Shown piece by piece: positions 30,998 through 40,122 of a stretch of DNA of 64,000 nucleotides (positions are counted from its first letter, which is position 1; each line of letters starts with the position of its first letter). A program made the position numbers and the translations under genes. Below the pieces are notes generated by a model. That model worked only from the letters and a program-made list of their open reading frames with translations. It made no database searches and was not told the origin of the DNA. Source of the stretch: Candidatus Hermodarchaeota archaeon (lineage in GTDB: Archaea; Asgardarchaeota; Hermodarchaeia; Hermodarchaeales; Hermodarchaeaceae); contig JAEOTO010000008.1 in the NCBI GenBank assembly GCA_016839805.1, positions 6,421-70,420 on the forward strand, read 5' to 3'.

Positions 30998-31936
30998 CTA
31001 TGCATTAGTAATCCGTAACCCACGCAGAGTGAGCCAAGGACTACCAATTTGCTTTCCTCGTTGTGGAGGTAATATTGTGAGAGGCCAGTGCTTTTTAATG
31101 TACTGAGGTTTCCAAGTGATACCATTCAAACAACGTGATCCAATGGCATTCAAGGTTTTTTTGAGTACTGGGTGATTTTTCAATCCACTAAGGATCAGAG
31201 CTTCGGCGGCTTCGAAAATACTGCTTTGATAAGAACGGAAGTATCCAAACTTCATCCAATTAACATTAGGTTCTGGATTACGTCGTGGGAAATCAGCGGT
31301 TGAGAGATCATAACCAAGAAGGTAGTCTTGGATGTTCTTCACAGCGGTCTTGTAGGTTTTTCCTCGCCAATGGGATGGATATTCGTTTAACCAACGGAGT
31401 GTATGAACCATGACATAAGCGCATGGATTACCGTCGGTACGTACATGACATTCACCCGCACGATTCACATTAAATTCAAGATATTCTTCACAAGCCTGCT
31501 TCACGAAATCTTCTTGCGCAAAGCCTAAGGCGAGAACAGCACGGAGAAATCGCATATTCGCACATTTATTGATTTTACCACTGCTTGCAAGAAAAGCCCC
31601 ATCTCCTCTTTTATAATTTAAAAACGGATGATTCACTGCATTAACGAGTTGCGGGATATACGTACCATTAAGACCCAAATATCCGAAGAAAGAAATGACC
31701 TCTTGAAAACTGATAAACGTCCGCTGACGGTTTTTTTCGATCCAAGGACCGAGTGCATTCTTAAGATGAGGTAGTAATTTTTCTTGTTGTTCCAGGAACG
31801 CTGAATCGTTTGTCACGACTTTTTGGATGTCACGAAGATGAAGAAGCTTAACGAACTCACCAATTATTGGATGCTCATAATTGATGAGATATTCTTCAGC
31901 TTTGTTTGGAAAAAACCCAGTCAGGGTAACAGACAT
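30998..31936 (-). CDS. hypothetical protein
   Basis: A 312-aa clean ORF. No family recognised. Confidence 0.45.
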   Translation of the reverse strand: MSVTLTGFFPNKAEEYLINYEHPIIGEFVKLLHLRDIQKVVTNDSAFLEQQEKLLPHLKNALGPWIEKNRQRTFISFQEVISFFGYLGLNGTYIPQLVNAVNHPFLNYKRGDGAFLASSGKINKCANMRFLRAVLALGFAQEDFVKQACEEYLEFNVNRAGECHVRTDGNPCAYVMVHTLRWLNEYPSHWRGKTYKTAVKNIQDYLLGYDLSTADFPRRNPEPNVNWMKFGYFRSYQSSIFEAAEALILSGLKNHPVLKKTLNAIGSRCLNGITWKPQYIKKHWPLTILPPQRGKQIGSPWLTLRGLRITNA

Positions 31937-32142
31937 GGAGATTCCCTCGGCAAGAATTTACAAAGTCTATCTCTGATTAAGGTCTTAATATTTGTGAGAG
32001 TTCGAAGCTGAGTTCCTTTTCAACGGGTCTCTTGATGTCAAAAATTATGTAAATTGATCATTCTTAGAGGTCTTTTAGGAATTACTGAGTACCATTCGTT
32101 AATTCATTGACTTTTTGAAGCGAAAAATCAACGAGGTCTAGT

Positions 32143-32718
32143 ATGAATAAAGAACAGAAATCGAAGAAGATGACTGCACTGAGTACTGCGACTCTTGGAG
32201 GTGGCTGTTTTTGGTGCACAGAAGCAGTGTTTAACCGAATAAATGGTGTATTGAAAGTTGAGTCAGGGTATTCAGGAGGCACCGTAGAAAATCCGACTTA
32301 TCAACAGGTTAGTACTGGACGTACTGGGCATGTTGAAGTAATTCAGATTACCTTTGATCCCACGGTTATCACCTTTCGAGAGATACTGGAAATCTTCTTT
32401 GCAACACATGATCCTACTACGTTGAATCGGCAGGGAAACGATTTTGGTACGCAATATAGATCAGTCATTTTTTATCACGATCAAGAACAGAGGAACGTTG
32501 CTGATGAAATGATTAAGGAATTGGACCGGTCAAAGACCTACAAGGCGCCTATTGTAACAACTGTTGAGCCCTTTACCACTTTTTATCCTGCGGAGGATTA
32601 TCATAAGGACTATTTTAAACGGAATCCAAATGAGGGTTATAGCCAATTTGTGATTGCTCCCAAACTTGTGAAACTCGAAAAAGGGTTTTTGGATAAGTTA
32701 CAAGAGTATTCAGAATGA
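32143..32718 (+). CDS. msrA: peptide methionine sulfoxide reductase MsrA
   Basis: The active-site motif [12 protein letters not shown] is present. Confidence 0.9.
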   Translation: MNKEQKSKKMTALSTATLGGGCFWCTEAVFNRINGVLKVESGYSGGTVENPTYQQVSTGRTGHVEVIQITFDPTVITFREILEIFFATHDPTTLNRQGNDFGTQYRSVIFYHDQEQRNVADEMIKELDRSKTYKAPIVTTVEPFTTFYPAEDYHKDYFKRNPNEGYSQFVIAPKLVKLEKGFLDKLQEYSE

Positions 32719-32728
32719 GTTTCAAATG

Positions 32729-34600
32729 TTAAATTCGTTCTAATGGCGTTATTCCCAGTAAAGTGAGGGCATTTGAGAGAACTTGCCGACAAAGATCCAC
32801 AAGGAGTAAACGGGCCGCTTTGAGTTCCTCGGTTTCTGCTTTGAGTACGGGACAATGATTGTAAAAGGAATTGAAGGCTATGCAGAGAGCGTGGGTGTAT
32901 TCAGTGAGGTGGAAAAGCTCAATTCGTGTGCCCCAGATTTCTCGTTTTATTCCTTGAACGATTTCGAGGAGAACTTCTGGATACCGACCGAGGAGCTTTA
33001 TGAGTTCGCTTTCAAAGGGGTTAGTTAATTCGCTGATTCGTGCAGCGGTTGGTGCGGGTTCTTTGCGGAGAATAGAACTAGCGCGAGCGTGGGTATACAT
33101 AAGATAGGGAGCTGTATTGCCATCAAAGTTGAGCATGTCATCCCATTTGAAAATTATTTGTTTTTCTACTGCTACTTTGAGAAGGGAGTATCTGACTGCA
33201 GCAGACCCAATGGCATCTGCTACATGCCGGAGGAAGCTCGAATCAGCTTCGGGGTTTCGTTTTTTCACTTCTTTCCGGGCACGGCGTGTGGCTTCGCGGA
33301 TAACAGCATCAGTACTGAATCCAATCCATGTTCCTTTTCTTCCTGAGAATCGTGCATCTGGGAGGGTTACAAATTCATAAGCAAGATGATAGTAATTTGC
33401 TGAGGCATCCTCATATCCCAAGGTCTTCAGAGTCAGATAGACTGTGCGTTGAGGTTGACTTTGAGGCATTCCAATTACATTAAAAATTATGTCAGCAGGA
33501 TGGTAATGGCCCGTCTCTCCTTTTTTCGCGGTTGTCCAAATGGCCTTTTCGTTGGTTTTGGGGCTTTTGAATGGCTTGTATTTGAATGGATCTTTGATGA
33601 TACCGAATTTCCAAAAATGAAATGCGATATCTTTTCCAGTATATGTGGCGACTCCATCGGAGCGGACTAACACTTTTTCGGTATCTTTCAAATGTTGAAA
33701 TTCTTCGTATGCGCCGAGGTCAACGATAACGCATCCAGCTTTATTACCTTTGGTTGGTCGTAACGTGGTTGGAGCTTCTAACATTTTCTCCAAGGCTTGG
33801 GCAAAAAGGCCAGAATGTGCGATATCACTTTCCCAAACTAAAAGATCATGATGTACATTTAGCCGATCATGGGTTTTATGATGGGCTCGAAGCACGCGTT
33901 GAGTCATCTTTTGGACTTCTGAAGCCACCTCGTTATTCCCCCGTTCCATGAGTTTCAAGTATTTACGAACCTGAGTTTCATCATATTTTTCCTGGGCATC
34001 AACATAAAGGCGACCGATGACTTGGTCATACTTCCCTTTGTATTTTAGCGCATCTAAGTGTTTCAGGGCCCAATAAGCTACGGCGATTTGTAATCCCAAA
34101 TCATTGATGTAATCCATTCGTGTAACATCATAACCGACGTTTTTCATTAACCGTGCAACTGTATCACCCAAGACAGCGTTTCGGGCATGACCAATATGTA
34201 ACGGATTATTCGGATTCACGGCAGGATATTCGACTACGACATGTTTTCCCGCAAACATTGTAGATTTTCCATATGACTCACCACTTGCTTGAATTGCATC
34301 AAAGACAGCGCGGCGATATGGGATGATGTTAATGTAGAAGTTCACATAAGGACCCTGAGCAACTACCTGTTCAATGAGAGGAAACTTAACAGGATCAAAC
34401 ACCGCCAGCTCTTGCGCTATCTTCGGAGGGCTTTTCTTCAACTCTTGTGCTAAATGGAAGGCAGCAGTACAAGCGAGATCTCCATGAAGTTGATCAGCTG
34501 GTCGCTCTAGATAGTGACTTAGGTCTCTGCCACTGGAAAGGCTGAGTGCTTCTATAACTTGTTTTTTAAACTCTGTCCAGGGGTTTGAATTAATCACCAT
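32729..34600 (-). CDS. argS: arginine--tRNA ligase
   Basis: A HIGH motif PNNPLHIGHARN, a class-I fold, and DALR-like C-terminal anticodon-binding region. Confidence 0.9.
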   Translation of the reverse strand: MVINSNPWTEFKKQVIEALSLSSGRDLSHYLERPADQLHGDLACTAAFHLAQELKKSPPKIAQELAVFDPVKFPLIEQVVAQGPYVNFYINIIPYRRAVFDAIQASGESYGKSTMFAGKHVVVEYPAVNPNNPLHIGHARNAVLGDTVARLMKNVGYDVTRMDYINDLGLQIAVAYWALKHLDALKYKGKYDQVIGRLYVDAQEKYDETQVRKYLKLMERGNNEVASEVQKMTQRVLRAHHKTHDRLNVHHDLLVWESDIAHSGLFAQALEKMLEAPTTLRPTKGNKAGCVIVDLGAYEEFQHLKDTEKVLVRSDGVATYTGKDIAFHFWKFGIIKDPFKYKPFKSPKTNEKAIWTTAKKGETGHYHPADIIFNVIGMPQSQPQRTVYLTLKTLGYEDASANYYHLAYEFVTLPDARFSGRKGTWIGFSTDAVIREATRRARKEVKKRNPEADSSFLRHVADAIGSAAVRYSLLKVAVEKQIIFKWDDMLNFDGNTAPYLMYTHARASSILRKEPAPTAARISELTNPFESELIKLLGRYPEVLLEIVQGIKREIWGTRIELFHLTEYTHALCIAFNSFYNHCPVLKAETEELKAARLLLVDLCRQVLSNALTLLGITPLERI

Positions 34601-34733
34601 TATCCGAATCCTGTTCAGTGTAGGTGGAGACCGCTTTTTTCTCTTTCGTCTTTCGGATTTTACCCTGTTTCATTTGAGAAGATGAACGAAATGGTTAAAC
34701 GGAGGTGTACAATAAATCGGGTGCATTTAAAGT

Positions 34734-34809
34734 GGGCCCGTGGCCAAGTGGATACGGCGACAGGCTTCGGACCTGTAGATCCGGGGTTCAAATCCCTGCG
34801 GGCCCGCCA
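34734..34809 (+). tRNA. tRNA-Arg (anticodon UCG), CCA encoded
   Basis: A 7-bp acceptor stem GGGCCCG/CGGGCCC, a T-arm GGGGTTCAAATCCCTG, and an anticodon stem ACAGG/CCTGT with loop CUUCGGA give anticodon UCG. The molecule ends in GCCA. Confidence 0.85.
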
Positions 34810-34819
34810 TTTTTGTTTA
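34810..34819 (+). terminator. oligo-T archaeal terminator after tRNA-Arg
   Basis: TTTTTGTTT lies immediately 3' of the CCA end. Confidence 0.5.
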
Positions 34820-34929
34820 CTTAAACAGTGTTATGCTAGCTATGTTGATTTTTGCAGAGAACAGCTTATGCCTTTTGTAACCTCCACTGATTACGGGGTA
34901 TAAGCTTGTGGGTTTTGGGGGCATGGAGA

Positions 34930-36039
34930 TTACTTAACGGGTTTGAAGCGTGCTTTTAGTTTATTCAGTACGTTGGGTAAGGTGGTGTATTCCATTGAGG
35001 AGGGTGGTAGTCGATGTGGTTCGAAGGGTCCATGTCGTCGGAGGTAATCGGCGACGTACATGCATTGGTCGCGAGTAAGGTCCCAGGCGGGATCGTCAAA
35101 GACATCAATAGGTTCGGTGAGTTTGCCATCTTTCATGCTGAATGCAAGTCCGGTGACACGGGGTGGACCATCAAACCGGGTACATTGTGAGTAATGGAGT
35201 GGAACGGGCATGAGTGGACCGTTGTGGCTACCACGCATCCATCCCGTGACGAGATGTCCAAGGGCGAATCCTTCGAGGATTTCACCTGTGGCGGGGAAAC
35301 CACTTTGTGCTCGGACAATAGCGGCAGGGTCATCTTTTCCGATGTATTTACCCGCAACCGCATAGAGTTTTTCAGTGGATATCGCTGCTGCAATCCCTCG
35401 AGATTTGTCCTTGGAGTGCACGCGTTTGATGACATAATCTTCTGTAGCTCCAATTAGAGCTAAGAGGTCGTAGACTTCTGATGGCGTGTCCATCGTGACC
35501 ATCTTATCATTTTTGATGTCATACACTTCGAAAAGGAATCCGTCATGCAGCTTAGGGTCGATGATCAAACCCGCAGTGTTGAATGGGTCAGCAAAGACCC
35601 GGAAAATTGGGTAATTAAAGGCGCCCGGTGCTGTCTTATCAGCAGCAAATACGACGAAAGGATCAGCAGGACGTTCTTTAAATTCCATTTCCGCGACGCC
35701 AGGTCCCATTCCCCGGACATTTCCACTGAAGGCCTCCTTCAGGATATCTTGTCCGGCACCATAAAGTCCACGTTCCTTGGCGTTTTTAGTGCCGTCCATG
35801 AGTGCATCAAAAGCCAGTTTATGGATTTCTTCATCATCGACACCACGTGTGTGGGTCATTAATATCTCCGTGTCATCGCCGGCATTCCAAATCTTATAAT
35901 CGATTATGAGTCCGGATTGATGAGCTTTGTCAATTCGTTGACATACAACGTCGGTAGTCACGTCGCAGGTGCGTACGTGTCCACCAATGCTCCCAATATC
36001 TGCTTTGATGAGGGTGATTGTAGTTTTCACTGCTGCCAC
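34930..36039 (-). CDS. fbp: fructose-1,6-bisphosphate aldolase/phosphatase (archaeal class V FBPase)
   Basis: The N-terminal TTITLIKADIGSIGGH is the hallmark of the bifunctional FBP aldolase/phosphatase. Confidence 0.9.
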   Translation of the reverse strand: MAAVKTTITLIKADIGSIGGHVRTCDVTTDVVCQRIDKAHQSGLIIDYKIWNAGDDTEILMTHTRGVDDEEIHKLAFDALMDGTKNAKERGLYGAGQDILKEAFSGNVRGMGPGVAEMEFKERPADPFVVFAADKTAPGAFNYPIFRVFADPFNTAGLIIDPKLHDGFLFEVYDIKNDKMVTMDTPSEVYDLLALIGATEDYVIKRVHSKDKSRGIAAAISTEKLYAVAGKYIGKDDPAAIVRAQSGFPATGEILEGFALGHLVTGWMRGSHNGPLMPVPLHYSQCTRFDGPPRVTGLAFSMKDGKLTEPIDVFDDPAWDLTRDQCMYVADYLRRHGPFEPHRLPPSSMEYTTLPNVLNKLKARFKPVK

Positions 36040-36158
36040 CTAGCATGGTGCTTTCGCGAGGTCTTGGTAGCCACTCAACTAATAATGTTGTGTTGCTGCC
36101 AACGGGAGTCAGATTATCTTATCACTATTAAATATATTCTCCCTGGTCAGAAAAACGT

Positions 36159-36740
36159 TCAATCTTCGCCCGAATTTTTGTGTAATTCTTCGAGGTATCG
36201 TCGGCTTAGTTCCACGTAGATTTTCCAATTTGACTCGAGTTCCATTAGATCATCCGCTGTCAATGAACGGACTACTTTACCGGGTACACCCATAACCAAG
36301 TTTTTGGGTGGTATCTTCTTACCCGGTGTTATGACGCTTCCTGCACCAACAATGCAGTGATGACCAATGTGGACATCATTGAGAATTATCGCTCCGATTC
36401 CCACCATCACGTTGTCGTCGATGGTACAACCATGAGCTACTGAATTGTGACCCATGGTTACGCGATTGCCGATTTTTGTGGGGAATCGAACGTCACAATG
36501 AACCGTGCAATTATCTTGGATACTGGTGTCTGTGCCGATAGTAATTGCGTTGTAATCGGCGCGTACGGTGGCATGTTCCCATACGCTGCTTCGTGCACCA
36601 ATAGTGGCTTGGCCGATGATGGATGCACGTGGAGATATGTATGCGTCCTTGGCGATGACTGGTATATTTCCTTGGTAACTGAAAAGAGGCATGGTTTTCA
36701 CTTTCTTCATGTTTGGAGATGGTTGGTAATTCATTCCCAA
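36159..36740 (-). CDS. gamma-class carbonic anhydrase / left-handed beta-helix (hexapeptide) family protein
   Basis: Hexapeptide repeats and His ligands (HATV...HCD...HNSVAHGC). Confidence 0.8.
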   Translation of the reverse strand: MGMNYQPSPNMKKVKTMPLFSYQGNIPVIAKDAYISPRASIIGQATIGARSSVWEHATVRADYNAITIGTDTSIQDNCTVHCDVRFPTKIGNRVTMGHNSVAHGCTIDDNVMVGIGAIILNDVHIGHHCIVGAGSVITPGKKIPPKNLVMGVPGKVVRSLTADDLMELESNWKIYVELSRRYLEELHKNSGED

Positions 36741-36749
36741 AACTGTTAC

Positions 36750-37538
36750 TCATTCTCTGGTATTCATTGCAAGAATGGCAGCGCCTAGTGCGCCTGTGTA
36801 TTGAGGTTCTTCAGGCACCCAGAGATTAGCATCGAGTTGTTTAGCCAGATAAAAACGGAACCCTGGATTGAGTGCTACGCCACCTGTGATAGCAATAGGT
36901 TTCTTGACTCCTACTCGATGAGATAAGGTAGCAATTTTTGCAGCCATAGCCTTGTGTACACCCGCAGCAATATTCGCGGGTTTGTCACCAGCTCCAATTC
37001 GACCAATAACTTCGCTTTCGGCAAAAACCGTGCATGTACTACTGATGATGGATGGCGCTTTAGCTTGCAAAGCAAGAGTTCCTATGTCTTCAATAGAGGT
37101 TTCCAGTACTTGAGCCATAACTTCTAAAAATCGCCCGGTACCCGCGCTGCATTTATCATTTAATTCGAAGTCCGTGGGGCGTCCTTCGGAGCCGATTCGA
37201 ATGACCTTGGAATCTTGTCCTCCTACATCAATAAGAGTTCGGATCTCTGAGTTCTGAAAGTGAACGCCAATACTATGACACGTAATTTCTGTTACTGATT
37301 TGGCAGCGTTGAGAGCTTGACGGCGTCCATAACCAGTACTTATCGTAGGTATGTTTGAAAGGTCTTGTTGGGATTGAACTTTTAACTCGTCTAGACATCG
37401 TTGCGCAGATTTTTTCGCAGATGCTCCCGTGGCTATTAAGAACTTGGCGATAATAGTCCCTTCGGTGTTAATGAGGATAGCCTTAGTGGTTGTTGACCCG
37501 ATGTCGATTCCAATGCCATGGGAGGGTTGAGAGGACAC
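36750..37538 (-). CDS. BadF/BadG/BcrA/BcrD-type ATPase: CoA-substrate-specific enzyme activase (HgdC-like)
   Basis: An actin-like ATPase N-terminus GIDIGSTTTKAIL and a C-terminal CSAGTGRFLE Fe-S bridging motif. Confidence 0.8.
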   Translation of the reverse strand: MSSQPSHGIGIDIGSTTTKAILINTEGTIIAKFLIATGASAKKSAQRCLDELKVQSQQDLSNIPTISTGYGRRQALNAAKSVTEITCHSIGVHFQNSEIRTLIDVGGQDSKVIRIGSEGRPTDFELNDKCSAGTGRFLEVMAQVLETSIEDIGTLALQAKAPSIISSTCTVFAESEVIGRIGAGDKPANIAAGVHKAMAAKIATLSHRVGVKKPIAITGGVALNPGFRFYLAKQLDANLWVPEEPQYTGALGAAILAMNTRE

Positions 37539-37549
37539 GCCATCACATC

Positions 37550-38809
37550 TTACACGATCATTTCTATGAGAGCTTCCATGCGGGTTTTGGCTTGAGCTTC
37601 ATTATATTGTTGGCTATCGACCATATCACCTTCAATAATGACACCCGGGACTCCGGTTCGACGTGTGATTTCCTCTTTGGTTACCATTTGTCCGATGGAA
37701 TAGCGTTTACAGGAGCGAACGGAGAAGAGGACAAAACCATCGAGGTCGTAATCCTTAATGAGTGAACACATCTTGTCAATCTTGGCTGAGAGTCCTTTAT
37801 TGAGATAGACGTTGCTGTAGACTTTTGCGATACTTTCTATTATTTCTCCACGAGGGATGGCCGCAGACCAAGCGTGAGTGTAAGAATCGGCGGGAAAAAC
37901 AACGCCTTGTTTTGCGAGCGTGTTGAAGAAGTTGTAGATTGTGAACCAGGGTGGGATGTTATCCCAGAGTAGTCGTACCCGTTCTTCACGGATAGCTCCG
38001 ATGCCTTGCTTGACTCGTTCTTCTACCTCTGCGAAAAAGGCCTGATAGAAGTTAATGGCCTGCTGGGTTCCACGTAGGGCAACAATAGGGGCCATTGAAA
38101 GAAAGCGATCCGCGCAGTTAAGGGGCGATGGTTTGTTCTTACAAGCCTCCAGTGCTTTTGTCCAAAGACTGACAGCATCATTTGAAAGCTTAGCAACTTG
38201 GATGAGTTGTTTTTCATCGTATTCATGGTTAAAGTTTTGACTCATGAATTCGATTAACCCGTTGAGATTAGATTTTACATAGGCTAGATGGTGAGACGGT
38301 TGTTCACCCTCGAGGGGTGGTGTATCAACGAGATACACTGGAGCACCAGTCATTTCAGATACGGCTTCATACCATGGAAGCACGGTTCCACAGATATTGT
38401 TGCAGGCGAGAAGTGCTTGAGGTTTGGGGAGTCCAGTAAGTGGGCTTTGCTCTGGTTGTTGAACAGAGCCAATGCTAGACCGAGCATAAGAACAGAGTTC
38501 TTGGGAGAAACCAAGTTCTTCAGCAAACCCACAAAGAAGTGGTCCACATTTTTCTGATCCAACAATAGCACCATATTGTTCTGGATAAGCCGCAACAGTG
38601 TTGAAGGCAACCGGAATTTCAACAGGGAATCCGGATGTTACCCACACTAGACGTCCTTCTTGAGAGGCAGTCTTCGTACTTAAGATATGGAGGGTCATGG
38701 TTTCACGAAGAAGCTTACTGGTGTAGAGCTTTCGATAGGCTTTTTCTTTGGAAGGAGCTGGAGAAGTTTCTGGAGACATCTTTACACACCATTCCTTATC
38801 GTCTTGCAC
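37550..38809 (-). CDS. 2-hydroxyacyl-CoA dehydratase / benzoyl-CoA reductase subunit family protein (HGD-D)
   Basis: Conserved Cys in CGPLLCGF...CSYAR and typical 419-aa size. Adjacent to the activase. Confidence 0.7.
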   Translation of the reverse strand: MQDDKEWCVKMSPETSPAPSKEKAYRKLYTSKLLRETMTLHILSTKTASQEGRLVWVTSGFPVEIPVAFNTVAAYPEQYGAIVGSEKCGPLLCGFAEELGFSQELCSYARSSIGSVQQPEQSPLTGLPKPQALLACNNICGTVLPWYEAVSEMTGAPVYLVDTPPLEGEQPSHHLAYVKSNLNGLIEFMSQNFNHEYDEKQLIQVAKLSNDAVSLWTKALEACKNKPSPLNCADRFLSMAPIVALRGTQQAINFYQAFFAEVEERVKQGIGAIREERVRLLWDNIPPWFTIYNFFNTLAKQGVVFPADSYTHAWSAAIPRGEIIESIAKVYSNVYLNKGLSAKIDKMCSLIKDYDLDGFVLFSVRSCKRYSIGQMVTKEEITRRTGVPGVIIEGDMVDSQQYNEAQAKTRMEALIEMIV

Positions 38810-40019
38810 TCAAGGTTTCGAGAAAACTTTGTAGTCGTCCTTCGATACGAGCTTGATCAGAAAATTCAGGATCCAATGGTAAGCGAACAGTGAGCATCTT
38901 CTTTTTTCCTGCGAGCTTAAGCATATCAGGCACTTCAAACTGGTCTGGATCACAAAATGATTGTTCGCAAATAATTAATCCATCGATTGCGAATTGGTCA
39001 AAAACATGTTGTAGGAACTGCAGCCGATTGGGCAATCCTTCTTGAGTGGGTTCAGCAGGGGCCGAGAGAATGCTTTGGGCAAGTTCGTGAAAGGGATTCC
39101 CCTGAAGACTGGGTGATGAAGTAAAGACAGTTCGATAAGTAAAAGATAGAAGATCCAACACTATTTCAGCGGATTCGATATCAGCGCTTGTTTTCGCGTT
39201 TTCAAATAGTACAGCAATTCCCTCTGGGTCAATCATTCCACCTACTACCATAATACGGGGGCCTTGCTTACTGAGCGGAATTGAGAGGTCAGCTAAGTTG
39301 TTTTGTAGTATACCATATCGAAGTGCTTCAACTGAAGGAATGAGTTGCTCATTTCGCAATGCACTTTGTACTTGTATCACGGTTTGTTCAATTAATTGAA
39401 GAGCTTGAGGACCAGGAGCAGTTAAAAATTGACGGATTAGTTTTGTATGTTCGGTGTATGGGAGACATTCAGGTTGGATGATACGTGCTGCGGTAATAAA
39501 TTGTGTAGCGGCACGAAATTCAGCAAGGAGTGCAACAGCTTCATTGTATTTTTTCATCGAAAATTTGTGACCTAATGATACTTCTATATATTTGCTAAAG
39601 TTTTGAATCTCTTCAGTGAAGTAGGTTAAGGCCGTTTCGTCTCGTGCTACTGGGTAGGTGAGTCGAAGCACGGTATCTTCCGGAAATCGTGCCTGCCAAA
39701 TATCTCCAAGATTTTGCAGTGAGTCACAAGTGCCACCTGGAAAGACTATTGCTGTTAGAGTAGGTAAGTGATTTTTGGCTCGTTGACTGAAAAGGTTTCG
39801 TGAATATGAGCAGCAAAATGTTTGTAGACTGGCTTCGTAGGCTCCTGGGACTTTGGGTTCAGCCCATAGAAGTGTGGGGATTAGTTGATGAGCAAAGAAT
39901 AGTTCAAGAGGTGCATGCGGGTAAATATACCCAATAATGGGATTCTCTGCTGCAATGAGAGGTTGTAGATATTGGTGTCTTTCGGCAACAAGGGTATCAT
40001 AACTAAGAGAAGCGCTCAT
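38796..40019 (-). CDS. 2-hydroxyacyl-CoA dehydratase subunit family protein (HGD-D)
   Basis: A paralogous partner of the preceding gene, overlapping it by 14 nt. Confidence 0.7.
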   Translation of the reverse strand: MSASLSYDTLVAERHQYLQPLIAAENPIIGYIYPHAPLELFFAHQLIPTLLWAEPKVPGAYEASLQTFCCSYSRNLFSQRAKNHLPTLTAIVFPGGTCDSLQNLGDIWQARFPEDTVLRLTYPVARDETALTYFTEEIQNFSKYIEVSLGHKFSMKKYNEAVALLAEFRAATQFITAARIIQPECLPYTEHTKLIRQFLTAPGPQALQLIEQTVIQVQSALRNEQLIPSVEALRYGILQNNLADLSIPLSKQGPRIMVVGGMIDPEGIAVLFENAKTSADIESAEIVLDLLSFTYRTVFTSSPSLQGNPFHELAQSILSAPAEPTQEGLPNRLQFLQHVFDQFAIDGLIICEQSFCDPDQFEVPDMLKLAGKKKMLTVRLPLDPEFSDQARIEGRLQSFLETLSARR

Positions 40020-40122
40020 TGGAACCCACCAAATCTTTGAGGTATCTATCGGCTTTTGCCTTAAGTCTTCGCACCTTTCAATGAACTGGAAAGGTATTTT
40101 TTGTACGTACGAGATGTGGTGA

